From Euglena gracilis (lineage: Eukaryota): 64,000 nt of DNA. The notes under the pieces were generated by a model. The model made no database searches. It was not told the DNA's origin and was given only the letters and a program-made list of their open reading frames with translations. Positions 38,428 through 51,800 of the stretch are shown here, piece by piece. How positions within the stretch are numbered: the first letter of the stretch is position 1; each line of letters starts with the position of its first letter. Position numbers and translations under genes: made by a program. The stretch lies in the NCBI GenBank assembly GCA_039621445.1, contig CP154954.1, positions 14,302,387-14,366,386 on the forward strand, given 5' to 3'.

Positions 38428-41400
38428 ATGAGGTTTAGTGCCCATGACGCCGTTGATGAACGGTGTGACAAAGGGGCCGTGACACCGCAGATCAGCGGGC
38501 CATCCAGAAACATAATTTCGTGGGCCGCCTAAGAAAAAGCATGGGGTTCGGGCTCAGAACAGGTCGAAAAAACACTCATTTTCTGCTCGAGAACAGTTTT
38601 TTCTGGGTCCAGGAGGCCAAAAAAATACATGGATTTAGGCAGAATAAATTTTCGCTTTTTTTTCGACTTCCTGGGCCCAAGAGTCCGAAGGAAGCCTGCC
38701 GCGCTATTTTGGGCCGTAAATGGCCATATCTCGGGCTTGGCAGGGAGTTACGGGAAAATCAAAATGCCATTAGGTAGGGTGTTCCAAGGGCTTCAATTTA
38801 GGTCTCCGGGCCTTTATGATTTTGTTTCATTTCCGAGATATTTTAGAAACATCAATTTTTGACCTCTAAAATAGCCCAAAATGGCCCCAGAAACGTGCCA
38901 AAATTCATTAAAAAATGGCTGTAACTCGGACTACACGAAGATTTGGGGGAAAAGGAAAGCAACGTTGGGTGGGGCATTCCCAGGTTTGCTCTCCGGATTT
39001 TTCCTTTGATTTTGCTTCATTGTCCAGATATTTTGGAAATATCGATTATTTTGACCTCAAAAACCGTCCCAAAAAAACCCAAAATGGCTGTTTTGGGCCG
39101 CAAAAGCGCGCCGGAACACGGGCCAGGTGTCTCAGCAGCCAAAACGGCGAACGGAGGGTGATAGAGGTCCTCCAGGGGTACATTTCTTCTGACCGACACT
39201 TCCGGAAATTATATTTTCTCGAGATATTTTCGAAAGTCGATTTATGACCGAAAATCCCCCCCCCCCCGGCAAAATGGCAGAGTTGAAAATGGGGGGTTGA
39301 CGAACCCCCACCCTTCGCGGGTGAATAACTCGGGGTCACACAAAGGTGATTCGAAAACTAGAAATCCAGTCTCTCGTGACTGAAAAAAAGTTTTTCCGGG
39401 AACCGGGCCAAGGTCATGGTGATAATCTGCGGTTTTCATAACCATCCCAGGAGGGGGGAGGGTCTTTATACACCCCTTTTTCCTGGGTGGCAAGCTTCGC
39501 TTTTACTCTAAAGGGATAAGAGCTCAGCGAAAAATGAGACCGCACCACCCTCACCGTGGGCCGATCGACAGGGGGGGATTTGATATTTGCAATTCTTCCA
39601 TTATTTCTGTAACATTTTTTTCCGGCAATCTTCCCTCCATTTTTTACATTTCCACAATGGGTTTTAGCCATTCTTTGAACGTTCCACAAGGGAACAGAGG
39701 TGATTTTTTGTTGTCATGTTGCAGATTGGGAAGTAATTTCGATTAGAAAAACTCACAATCCATTTTATCAGAGACCAAACGTTTCAGCTGTTTTTTTGCC
39801 GTTTTTTTTGGGGGGGGGGATTTTTCACCAAATCAATTCCATATTTCCAGAGTCAGCATGTTCCCAAAATTCCAAAAGTCGTGTTTTTTTTTTGGACCTC
39901 TTTGGTGGAAAGATGCGAATTGCAGCTCAAAAGTTCCATATATGTTGCAAAATGACCAAATTTGTGCAAAAAATTTTTTATGCTCTCTCCAGCAGAAGTG
40001 TATTCATTCCTAAAACCACAATTTCCACAATTTTTTGCGCAATTTTTCCGCAAGTCCAGCACTTTTTCAGCAATTTTTCCGAAGGTCTCCGATATCAATT
40101 CCCCTTCTCTCTTAACTCCTCAAAAAAGCAAGTCTCTTTTTTTTCAGAAAATATTTTTCCCTCCCCCTGATGCTTCGCACCAGGCGTCTTATTTGGGTGC
40201 CTTATTTTTTTAATTTTTTCTCAATCGCAGCGTTGGTTTTGTACAGGGGGTTCCAGACCACCCCCCTCCCTTCTTCAGACTGATGGGGGGTTGGAACCCC
40301 CAGGAACCAAAAACACTTTTTTGTTCTCCGGCTTTGCGCCGGAACACATGATTTTTTTCCTGAACATTTTGCTTATTTTTCAAAAAAAAATCAAAAAATG
40401 TTGTTTTTGGGCCTTTCTCAAGTCCAAATTTCTACAGCGCTTTGTTTTTTTCCCCAGGAGAGAGTCCAACACCGTCCCCCCTCCAGGAGGTCCGGACCAG
40501 CCCCCCCCCCCCTGCCCGCTCATTTCATAACCTGGTTGAACCCCCTCCTTGTCAGAGACAAAAAAATATTTTGGTGACCGCCTCCCTGGTCAGAGACTGG
40601 GGGGTCGACTGCAGCTAGTCCAAACTTGGCTTGGACCCCCTGGGGGAGGGTCCGCTTGCAGGCTAGTGGTGTGCAAGTGACTGGCAGGAAGCACCGGAAA
40701 AAATTTTGTCCCCCCAAAGCCTGCCAAAAATGCCCGTTTTTTGGAATGTTTTTTTTGTACAAAACAAACCGAAAAAAAATCTCACCGAACACCCATTTTT
40801 GCCTGGGCGTGCAGCCTGTTTTTACCAGTTGGGGGGCCTGGGGGACCCGGACCCCGAACCGTTCAGGAGAGAGAAGTGGTGGATTTTCCAGTGGCAGGTT
40901 TTCAAAGCCCCTCGGGATCCCAAGCCTGGGTTTGCATGTGTGTATGTGCGTGTTTATGTTTGTGTATGTTTGTGTGTTTGGTTTTTGATTACCGGTCTTG
41001 ATTTGCATTGCAAATTGTCCCATCGTGCTGATTTTTCGCATTGGCACTCGATTGACTCCACTGGTCCTGAACCTTTACACCTGCAATCTGACTAAGTTTT
41101 TCAAAATTTATTCGTTCTGCCCTGCTTGCTATATATGCTACCTGCTTGCTGGAATACAGTAAGAGAGCACTTTCTTCCTTCTCACCTCATTCGTTGCACT
41201 GCGACCAGTTTGACCGTGCCACACCTTTGCCTGTGGTAAGTGTGAGGGTGCTTGTTTTAGTGGGCGTGTGTGCAGTGTCAACTGAACTGTGCTCAAACCC
41301 TCCACTCCACTGGTGAGAGTGTGATGGAAAACTGCTTTTTGCTTTTTTTTCCTTGTCTGGCTCCTTGTCTTTTGAAAAGGTGATGTTTTTGGAGTTTTCC

Positions 41401-42137
41401 ATTTTTTGAGTGGGTCCCACGGGACCCCCCCCCCCCAGTTGCCCCCCCCCCGGGGATGGGTGGGTTTTTTGCCCCCCCCTCCCTCCGGTTTTTAAAAAAC
41501 CCCTGCATCCAGGCCATTTCGCATTCCCCGTTCGAAAGTGGTTAACCAACGATGGGGGGTCGGGCGTGAACCAGCAGTGCTTGACGGACAAGATATCGGA
41601 AGATTTGGCACAATGCTGCACTACGTTTTCATGGCATGCTCCCTTTCTAACCCATTGTGGAACCATGCAATGTGCTGAAGCGTCCCCCACTGGCTGTATC
41701 ATTTGTTGAAGGTTGCAGCCTAATTTTTTTGAGTTGGATTGGACATTGTGAATTGGTCCATGTGAATAAGAATCTCAACTGCACCAGAACCCCCCAAATG
41801 TTCTGCTTCCCCAATTTTAATATTTTTGGTGGGATTTCAAGATCCACAGGGGGGGGCGGGGATTTACATTTTGGTGGGGGATGTCGTCAGTGATCTGGGT
41901 GAACAACACAAAATTTGTTTACACGCTATTTTCCCCAAATAATGGACATTTTTTTGTCCAAATTTGACATTTTCTGGTGAAACTGATTATGTGCACCCAA
42001 AACTTTTCTGCTTTCTCCTGAATGGCACCATTGGCGGGCTTTGTGTTTGGGGCACCTGGGGGGTTTGCAATATTTTTGTGAACAACATCTTGAATTTCTG
42101 GGACAGGGACGCGCTTGGCTTTCGGAAGTTGAAAGTA

Positions 42138-42352
42138 CCATGCTACATATGTATGAATGCATACACATGTGCCTCCCCCCCCTTGTCGTTGACACGGCGT
42201 GTCGTTGAAACATCCCCCGTGTCAACGACACTTTTCTGGAACACTACCTATTGAATCACAGTGACATTGACATGGCGTGTCGTTGACACACCCCCCGTGT
42301 CAACGGCACTCTCCTGGAACATTGGCGTGTCAACGACAAGGGGGGGGGGAGG
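42138..42352. mobile_element. TA-TSD MITE (Tc1/mariner-type)
   Basis: Inserted at GAAAG-TA-GCAAG, with empty sites at ~10247 and ~17893 and TA duplicated (42136-37, 42353-54). TIR CCTCCCCCCCCTTGTCGTTGACAC / GTGTCAACGACAAGGGGGGGGGGAGG. Confidence 0.8.
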
Positions 42353-43028
42353 TAGTAAGTTTGACTGCTTCAACCTATGCCAATCAGCCAATCTCCCCCG
42401 CCGACAGCTTTTGTACCACTTTTGGACAGACTAAATTGCACAGCTTCCCACGCTTTCCCCTGCTTGGAGCACAGGCTTCTTCGGGTATTCTAAAATGCTG
42501 GTGAGTGAATTTTGAAGTCAAACCTGCTGGTTCACGAGGGTCATGTGCGGATTTTGCGCATTTGTCGCAGTTTTTTAATTTGGTCCCCCCCCCGGGTTAT
42601 TGGTCCTCATCAGGGACCAATAACCAATTTAAACAATTTTTTTTTATCTTGGACCCCGGGGGGGGGGAAGGGTGGGTGGGCCGGCCAAGCCCACATTCCA
42701 CCGGTGCTATACTTCGGCGCCGCAGGCACCAAACTTTTTTTGAAAAGAGTGCTTTTTTTCAGCCCCCATCCTCCTGAAATACCCCCCCCCCCTAAAGTTG
42801 GCCTTTGGCCTTTTGCACATGGCCGCCGAAATTCTTGACATGCAGATTTGGCCCCCCTGATTTTGCCCCCCCCCGTCCGTACCTTCAATCATGCCCCGGG
42901 GGAGGATGGGGAGGTAAGTGGAATCCAGACTGAAACTCGGTACGCTTCGGAGTAAAAAGAATTCACCAGAATCCCCGAAATATCTGTTTCCGAAGAAAAC
43001 CTTCCCCAATTCCTTTGGGTGTCGGAGC

Positions 43029-43331
43029 CAGGCTTGTGCTTAGTTGGGTGCCTACCCCACGGGGGGGGGTGCTAGGGGCAGGCACCCTATAGCACCCGTC
43101 CGACCCCCCCCCCCGGAGGAGGTAGGGTTTTTTGGGCATGCCTGCACATAGCAGGCACCCCCCTCCGACCCCGGCGGCAAAGGTGCCCGGGGGTCCAGTA
43201 AAAAAATCCATTTTCAATGAAAAATTTCTGGTCCCCCCAGACCCCACCCCCTCCCCGGGGGTGTGCCTGCTGGGGACACCCTTTAGCACCCACCCACCCC
43301 CCTCCCCCCCCGGTCGGTAAGCACAAGCCTG
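43029..43331. mobile_element. hAT-type MITE, 303 bp
   Basis: Perfect 14-bp TIR CAGGCTTGTGCTTA. The 8-mer GTCGGAGC occurs at 43021-43028 and again at 43344-43351. Empty site at ~47974. Confidence 0.85.
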
Positions 43332-43841
43332 TTCAGGCTCCGAGTCGGAGCCCGGAAGCCGTGCTGCAAGCTTGCTACGATTGAGGTGTGGAAGCGGCAC
43401 AAGCTGCTGGGAACCTTGCTAAGTGGTTGCCTCCATGGGCTGTTGATCACAGAGGCTTTTGCTTTTGGCCCTTGTTGGCGTTTCTATGGGTTTCCTCATT
43501 TGGAACCAACCTGTGTGCAAGCACCAATAACGCTGTTCTTCAAACTCATTTTTTTGTGTTGGGTATATCATTTTGTAAATTTCTGATCCACAACTCTCTA
43601 ATCCCATCGACAGAAATGCTTCTTTTGCATTTCCAACTCAGGCGAATTATCTTTGATGTGAAGTTGGGGAACGGGATCGAATTCCTCGGGTCGCCCGGTC
43701 TCCCCCTCGGGTTTCAAAGTACCCCCCACGGGGATCTGTGAAAACTGACGGGCCAGCGAACTTTTGTTGTGTTTGATGTTTTTTCAAATGAACATGTTGA
43801 AACCGCGGCTCGTTTTCGGCGTCCCATTTTCCGGCCCTGGC

Positions 43842-44114
43842 GGTCTCTTCCTCACGCCGTTGTGCCTCTGCCACTTAGCCGGGGCACTCCCCCCCTCCGG
43901 TCTCCACCGCCAGCGCTGGTTGTACCTCCAGCGCTGGGCCTTCCACACGCGCCCAGCCACCGCGAGTCGCGCACTCTCGGTCTCTTCCTCCCGCCGTTGT
44001 GCCTCTGCCACTTAGCCGGGGCACTCCCCCCTCCGGTCTCCACCGCCAGCGCTGGTTGTACCTCCAGCGCTGGGCCTTCCACACGCGCCCAGCCACCGCG
44101 AGTCGCGCACTCTC
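43842..44114 (+). repeat. Near-perfect ~137-bp tandem duplication inside family A
   Basis: 43842-43978 is repeated at 43979-44114. Confidence 0.92.
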
Positions 44115-45666
44115 GGGTGGCAAAGGGACCTTTCCACCCCTTGACTGACCCCGTGTGAATGCCGTGCAAGACAGCGACAAGAACGTTTGGGTGGTTGATG
44201 TGCGCAATTGTTGATTGTGCCTCATTTTCAGACTAAATTGCTGTGGGTGAAGGGCACCTTTAAACTCATTTTTTTTCAGGACATCCTGGAAATATTGCTT
44301 ATTTTGATGTTTCAGGCCACAAGAAATGGTTTTTCCTAGATTTAATTGCTGATGTCCAGATTTGGCTCTTCAGACTGATGGGGGGTCTGGGAACCCCCAG
44401 GAAGCAAAAACAAAAACCTTATTTTTATTCTCCGGCGCGTTGCATAAATTTTATGTACATTTTTGCTCGTTTTTCAAAAAGAAAATATAGAAAAACATAA
44501 TTTTGGGGTATTTTTTCTCAAGTCTTCTTTCTCGAGTCCAAAATTTTCCGGCGCCTTTTTTCCCCCAGGAGGGAATCCAGCCTCCCCTCCTCCGGGGGTA
44601 TCCAGGCCAGTCCTCCCCCTGTCTGCCACTTCATAATCTGGTCGACCCCCCTCCTGGTCAGAGACAAAGCAATGTTTTACCGACCGCGTCCCTGGTCACA
44701 GACCAACATTCATGGCCGTTCAACTGGGGGAGGACGTTGTTGGGGGTTGAGAACACGTCGAGGCCAACCTGGACACCATTGAACAATGCAACCCCATTCC
44801 CGGTGATCAGGTTTCCTCATAACTTTTCACAAAACAACCCTGGGGGGGTCGACTGCAGCTAGTCCAAATTTGATTTGGGCCCCGGGGGTTCCGCTTGCAG
44901 GCTAGGTGGTGTTTTTTTTTTAACAAGTGATTGGCACGAGGAAATATTTTATTTGACCTCCCAAAACCTTCCAAAATACCCGTTTTGTATTTTTTGGAAT
45001 GTGTTTTTTTTGGACAAAACCAGCCGAAAAGAGACTCACCAAACTCCCATTTCCACCTGGGCAAGCAGCCAGTTTTTTCCGATTGGGGGACCTGGGGGAC
45101 CCGGACCCCGAGCCGTTCAGGAGAGAGGGGTCCAGCTGGTGGCTTTTCCGGTTTCTGGTTTTCAAAGCCCCTCGGGATCCCAAGGCAAAGTGTGGCTCTG
45201 ATAATGCAAAGTGGTGTGGGTTTGTATGTGTGTATATGTGCGGGTTTATGGTTGTGCATGTTTGTGTGTTTGGTTTTGATTACGGGTCTTCAAGTCTTGA
45301 TTTTGCATTGCAAGTTGTCCCATCGTGCTGGTTTTTCGCTTTGGCACTCGGTTCCCGCTCCACTTGGACCTTTACACCTGCAATCTGACTAAGTTTTTCA
45401 AACTCATTCGTTCCGCCCTGCTTGCTGTATGTGCTACCTGAAGAGAACAGTTTCTTCCTTCCCACCTTTCGTTGCACTGCGACCAGTTTGACCGTGCCAT
45501 ACCTTTGCCTGTGGTAGTGTGTGAGGGTGCTTGTTTTAGTGGGCGTGTGTGCAGTGTCAACTGAACTGTGCTCCAACCCTCCACTCCACTGGTGAGAGTG
45601 TGACGGAAAACTGCTTTTTGCTTTTTTCCTTTGTCTGGCTCCCTGTTTGTGTTTTGAGGTGCCTAC

Positions 45667-46962
45667 GACGCACTTATAGAAAATTTGCCGAAAATGGCCG
45701 AAAATGACGTTTTTTGCTCCATGAGTGGGGATCCCGAAAAGGGCCGAAAATGGCCGAAAATTGCCGAAAATTGCCGAAAATGGAAAAAAATTGCTGCAAA
45801 AATTTTTTCGCCTTTTTTTTTTGCCTAGCGGTTTCTTTTTTCCTAAGGGGCCAATTTTCAGTGCGACTGATTCTTGTCTCTATGCAGCCTCTCTTCTCCT
45901 GCCATTGTGCCTGGACCTGGAACACATCCTGCTCAAAGAACCACCTCCAAATTGTTTTTTTTTTTGTGCCAAAGCTGGAGGTTTTGATGACATTTCACAA
46001 AGAGATTTTTGAAAGATGTTGTAAGTGCGATGGCCTCAAGCAACATCCAGGGTTCGATATAAGGAGGGCGTACATGGTTTAGGTGGGGGGGTGTCCCCCC
46101 CACCCCCCCCCTCCTGGCCCGCAGAGGGGGGTCCGGACCACCCCCACCCCCACCTGCAAGGGGGGTCCGGACCGACCCTCGGGGGCAAAAATTGACCCCC
46201 CCCAAAAAGGGTCAATTTTTTCCTCCGGCGCTTTGCGCCGAAAATTTTTTGCATTTTTGGCACATTTTTGCCCAAAAAGTGCCCAAAATGGCACTTTTGG
46301 TCGTTTTGGGGGGTCAAAAATTTTCGGCCACCCTGACCGCGCACCTGTTTAGGTGGGGGGGGTGTTCCCCACCCCCCCCCCCTGGCCCGCAGGGGGGGTC
46401 CGGACCACCCCCCCCCCACCTGTCCTTATATCGAACCCTGGCAACATCCCGCTCGCGAAACTGAATGACGGAAGTCCTCTAAGAAATTTGTTTCTGAAGT
46501 ATATGCATTTCGATGGCTGGTGGATCCCATCAACCTTTGTGGCTTTTGGTGAGTCTCATCCACGCCAAAAGCCACATAAAAATGTCCATCACGAAGGAGG
46601 TCATTCAACTTTCTCTGACCACCCCTGCCCCACCAATGATTTCGTTCACAATTATGTTTTTGGTCCTTTTTGACAAAAGGGGTTGATCCCACAAAAGTTC
46701 AATGATTTAGCCTACGGTTGGCATTCCTCAAGGTCGCCATCGCTTACCTCTTTGCACCTCACACACAAAATTATAAGTTAGATGTTTGCAAATGCTTAGC
46801 GCACTTTCACCCAGACGGATGATCGTCTCAACATGGTGGAGGAAACTTTGGATCAAGGATTTAACGTAATTTTACCCTCCCCCCACCTATAGGAAAAATG
46901 GCCGAAAATGGCCGAAAATGGCCGAAAGTGGCAAAAATCAGGGGGTCAACAAGAGGTGCTTG
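45667..46962 (+). mobile_element. Internally deleted hAT transposon with CGGBP1-like transposase remnants
   Basis: Removing the nested MITE restores KRFLKDVVSAMASSNIPLAKLNDGSPLRNLFLKYMHFDGWWIPST (46000-46047 + 46449-46535). The 3' part gives FLKVAIAYLFAP and TDDRLNMVEETL, like the hAT dimerisation domain. Subterminal GGCCGAAAAT repeats. Flanks GTGCCTAC / GTACCTAC match 7 of 8 as a TSD. Confidence 0.72.
46048..46440. mobile_element. hAT-type MITE, 393 bp
   Basis: Perfect 18-bp TIR CAGGGTTCGATATAAGGA and perfect 8-bp TSD GCAACATC (46040-46047, 46441-46448). Confidence 0.93.
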
Positions 46963-48664
46963 GTACCTACCCCCACCCATGAAACCCCCTTGCCCAATGT
47001 ACAGGAGGTCCGAGCCTTCCAGTTTGTCAGCTCTTATAGCATTGCGGATGCTCATACACTCACGCTCAAAGGATTAGCCCAATTCAGACTGTCTAGATTT
47101 CATTTTGGTGTCCAGCAGGCTTGGGGGGAAGGTACATGAAGTATTACTGCACAATAAAAATAAAAACAACAAGAATAATAATAATAGTAACAGTAATAAT
47201 AATAACAATGAACCTGTATTTTTATGGATTCCAGGTCATTTAGCATTCCCCGTCTGGAAAGTGGTCAACCAACTATGGTGGGTCGGGCGTGAACCAGCAG
47301 TGCTTGACGGACAAGATACCGGAAGATTTGGCACAATGCTGCACTACGTTTTCATGGCATCGCCCCTTTCTAACCCATCGTGGAACCATGGCATCCTGCT
47401 GAAGCGTCCCCAACAGGCTGCATCATTGGTTGAACACTGGTTGCAGTCTATTTCACTCGAGTTGGATTGGACATTGCGATGGTCCATCTGCATGAAAAAC
47501 TCACCTTCAGCTAACCCCGACCAGATGTTCTGCTCCCCTTTATATTTTGGTGGGATTTCAAGATACTCTGGGGATTTTTCATTTGGGGAGGGAGTCATTG
47601 GTTTTTTTGGGTGATTCATACAAAATTCGTTTACACCCTATGTGCATTTATTTTATCCAAAATGGGCGTTTTCTGGTACAACTTCCTGAATTTCTGGGAC
47701 AATGAAGGGGGTATGCTTTCGGAAGTTGAAAGTAGCAGTTTGACTCAACCTCTGTCCATCAACCAATAGCCCCCGCCGACACCTAATTGTAGCTTTCCCC
47801 TGCTTCGAGCCCAGGGTTCTTCAGTTGTTCTGAAATCCTCAATTTGTGTGTGGATTTTGAAGCCAAACCTGCTGGGTACGAGGGTCATGTGCGGATTTCA
47901 CCCAATTGTCGCTCAGTTTTGTTTCGGAGCCCGAAAACTCTGTTTCCGAAGAAGTCTCTCTCTTCCTTTGGAAGTCGGAGCCCGGAAGCTGTGTGGCAAG
48001 CTTGCTACCATTGAGGTGTGGAAGCGGGACAAGCTGCAGGGAATCCTGCTCAGTGGTTGCCTCCATGGGCTGTTGACCATGGCTGCCTTTGCCTTTGCCT
48101 TTGGCTCTTGCTGGCTTTACTATGGGTTTCCTCGGTTGGAACCAACCCTTGTGCCTAGTTGCCGTGTGCCAAGTACCTAAAATGGCCCAAAAAGCCTTCT
48201 TCGACCGAATATGCTTAAAATGTTTTCACCTTTGCCTAAAATTGTGTTATATGGACGCAAATGTGCCCACAAACGTTCGCGCACCCACACAACACAATTT
48301 TCTCATTCAAGGGTCGGGCTGCAGCGCTTATGAACGGACAGCGTCGATAAACGGCGTGACAAAGGAGCCGGGGCCGCGCGAACCAGCGGACCGGACCGTC
48401 CAGAAACATGATTTGGTGGGTTTGTCACACCGTTCGTCGAGTTCATGGGCGCCAAAGCGCGCACGACAACACAATTGTGGTTGTGCACACAAACGTGCGC
48501 AGAAACGAAATATTTTTATGGGTTCTGCATGGTCGATAAATGCTGTGACAAACCACAACCTTCAAACGCCGGCAGTGGTTCTTGTGTACTAAAGCGCACA
48601 GCGTGTCGTTGGTGGACGAGAAGGGCAAATGAATTTCCAGACATGAAGTACCAGAAATTCATAA

Positions 48665-48807
48665 GTGGTTCATTTGCACCTGAACGGCCACAAATTGAAC
48701 GACTGAACCGAACTGAACTGAACGACGACTGAACGACTGAACGAATTCAACTGAACTGACTGAACTGAACTGAACGACATGACGCGCGCTTGGCGCAAAT
48801 GAACCAC
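48665..48807. mobile_element. Tiny TIR element filled with (ACTGA/ACTGAACG)n repeats
   Basis: 16-bp TIR GTGGTTCATTTGC(A/G)CC. No TSD identified. Confidence 0.6.
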
Positions 48808-51800
48808 CAATGGAGAAGTGAAAGAGCGACATCATTGGACCCCAGGGTTGTATGAGGTACGTGGTGGGGGGATCACCTCTTCCCAGGGGGTAAGGTGGCA
48901 GGGGGTCGCAGAGATTTTATCACTTTTGTGGGTGAGAGCGAAGATCACCCCTGGGCAAATGGGGGTCCCTGTCGAACCCCCCCCCCCCGGGGTTCGGGCC
49001 ACCTCGAGAACCGGAGGATTATCACCATTATCCCGGCCCGGTTCCTGGATTTTTTTTTCAGTTACCATCCCAAATTGATTTTTGCTGCAAAGAGTTATTA
49101 ATCAAAATCTGGTCAATTAGGGCACCAGACGAGGCCACCAGAGGCAGAGGGTGGCAATCTGCCCCGGAATGACACACCTCAAAACAAAAAAAGGGCTCAC
49201 CCAAACCCCAAGGACGCAATTCCACCAACCTGCCAGGGTCACCGCTACCGCCGACGTTGTTGTTCGCTTGGGGGGCACAGTTCTTGCAATCTGAAGTGTG
49301 CCACTGGTTGAATGACTCTCCTTCCCAGCCTGCCATGGGGTTGACTCCGGGCTGTATCAGATCTCCTCGCTCTCCCCAACCCTGACAGCTTTTGCGGGTC
49401 ATTTGCCTTAACGTTCTGAACCATCAAATGTGTTGGAGGGAGTTGCTTGTTGTGCACTTCATTGGCGATTTTCCACGATTCCAGTGATTTTGTTCAGCAG
49501 AATGACAAAAGATTGTGCTTTGTTCCTGTTCCAATGAGCGCATGAACCGGGCATTTCCCCCTGACCATGAACTGACCATGAAATTCAAACAGAGCAGCCA
49601 CGGAGGCCTTTCAAACCCATGGGGAGATGTACCTCCCCACAACGTGGGAACGTGCCTTCAACCAAAAGATGGCGTTTTGCACTTGCCCGGGAATATCTGT
49701 GTCGGGTGTGCTTCCCAACTCCTCTGTGACATGATGAAGGGGCAGTGCTCAGGGGGATTTTTTAAAAGTATCTGAAGCGTGTTTTCAAGTAATTTCTGTT
49801 TTTAGCATTGTTTTCTTTTTTCTGCTTTTTTTTCTTTGTTTCAAGTTGGCAACTCCGGGGCTGTCAAAGGTTGAAGCGCCACAGAGCGGCTCGTGCAACA
49901 CATAATAAAAAAGGAACTAAACGAATTAGAATATGACTAAAGAAAGTCAACAAAAAATAAGAATAACGACAAAAATTCAAAAATAATTTATTAGATAAAT
50001 ACCAAAAATATATGACAAGCAAAAAATATAGAAACCATAAAAATATGACACAAATCGAAATGATGAAACAAATTAAAGCAAAATAAATATAAATGCACAC
50101 AGCAGGCAGCATCTGGAGCATGATTTGTGCTGCATCTCCTTTGAAGTTCTGGGCATACCCCATTTTGTGGCCTGACAGATGATTCCACCTTTCGCTTTCA
50201 GGAATCCGAAGCTGTTTTCTTTAGGACCCTGAAGGGGAGTCCAGCCGTCCGGCTGCAGAGGTGCCGGCTGGAGTCCCCCCTTTTCAGCTGAAAAATTACG
50301 GTAATAAAAAAAACCGAACAACCACCCTGAAAACACCCGCTTTTGACCATATTCAGACCAATTTTCACCAACTTGCTTCCGGAAAAGGATCCTCCAGCCC
50401 ACCTCCCCCATAACCTTCTACACCCATTTTGTGATGGCATTTTTTTGACGTTCCCCCCCTAACTTGGTCAGAAATGCCCCAAACGAGTGGGGTTGTCTGC
50501 GTGTCTCTCCTCCTTCCCCGGAAAATCGCCGCCGCGGGGCCCTCACGGTCACACGCCCCCCAGGCTGGTGCCCTGCTCCGGGGCGTGTGCCGGCCCCTCA
50601 CTTGCCCCCGCTGCTGCTTTCCGCCTGGGTCGCCTCCATTCAGGGTGGGACGTGCTGCCGGCTGCCCAGGTGTGGGATATGTCATTTTCCGGAAAGCTAC
50701 CATGGAAGCTGGGGACCAGCCTCCGTCTCGTGCGTGTAGTCTCCTCTTCCTAACCGGGGGTTTTCACTTTGCACCTTGTTTTTCACAAGAAAGATTGATG
50801 GTTTTTTTTGGCAATGAAGGTGTCCGATGTCCATTTTCCCTAACCACAGAGCCCCTCTCCAGGCTTATGGTTGGGACAGTTTATTGTGGTATAACTTTTG
50901 TGGTTATTCAGACTCGTTGGCTGTTTTGGTTTGGCAAGATTTTGTTCTGTGTGTTTTTGTTGGTTTCGAGAGCTTTGCTTAGAAGTGAGTTTCATTCAAT
51001 ACAATTGCTTGATTTGGGACCGAATTTTCAGCTGAAACCATTGCTACCCTTTATTTTTGCTATTTTTTCCAGAAATCGAAAATTTCAAATCCTCATGCTC
51101 CCAAAGATTCAAAGCGTCCTGTTTCCTGATGATTTGATAACAACACATTTCTTTTAGGCAGCCCAAACGTTCAGTCTGGAACAATTTTCAGTATAGTTTC
51201 CTAATTGATGCATTGTGTTTCTAGCTTAAAATTTTTTTTCAGCAAAATATGTTGTATATCATTTTGTAAATTCTGATCATTAATTCCTCAATTGACAGAA
51301 ATGCTTCTTTTGCATTTCCAACTCAGGCAAATTGTTCTTGATGTGAAGTCGGGGAATGGGATCGGGTCGCCCAGTCTCCCCCTCGGGTTTCCAAGTGCCC
51401 TCCACGGGGGATCTGTGAAAACTGACGGGGCGCCAGCCGGCGTCCCATTCTCCGCCAGCACTGCCGGCCCACCCTGGCGGTCTCTCCCTTCCAGCGTCGT
51501 GCCTCTGCCACTTGGCTGGGACGCTCCCCCTCCGGTCTGCACCGCCAGCGCTGACTGCACCTCCAGCGCGCCAGGCCTTCCACACTCGCTCAGCCACCGC
51601 GCTTCGCGCACTGTCGGGTGGCAAAGAGACCTTTCCACCCCTGGACTGACCCCATGTGGAAAGCCGTGCAAGACAACCGTTCAAGAAACTCTCTTTTGCT
51701 CTTTGCCAGGAACCATTTCAATGCGCTATTTGCAAGGGTGGTCCAAGGGCTATCGAACCAACATTTTTGATATTGAATGTTCTCCAAAATCAAAAAGCAA

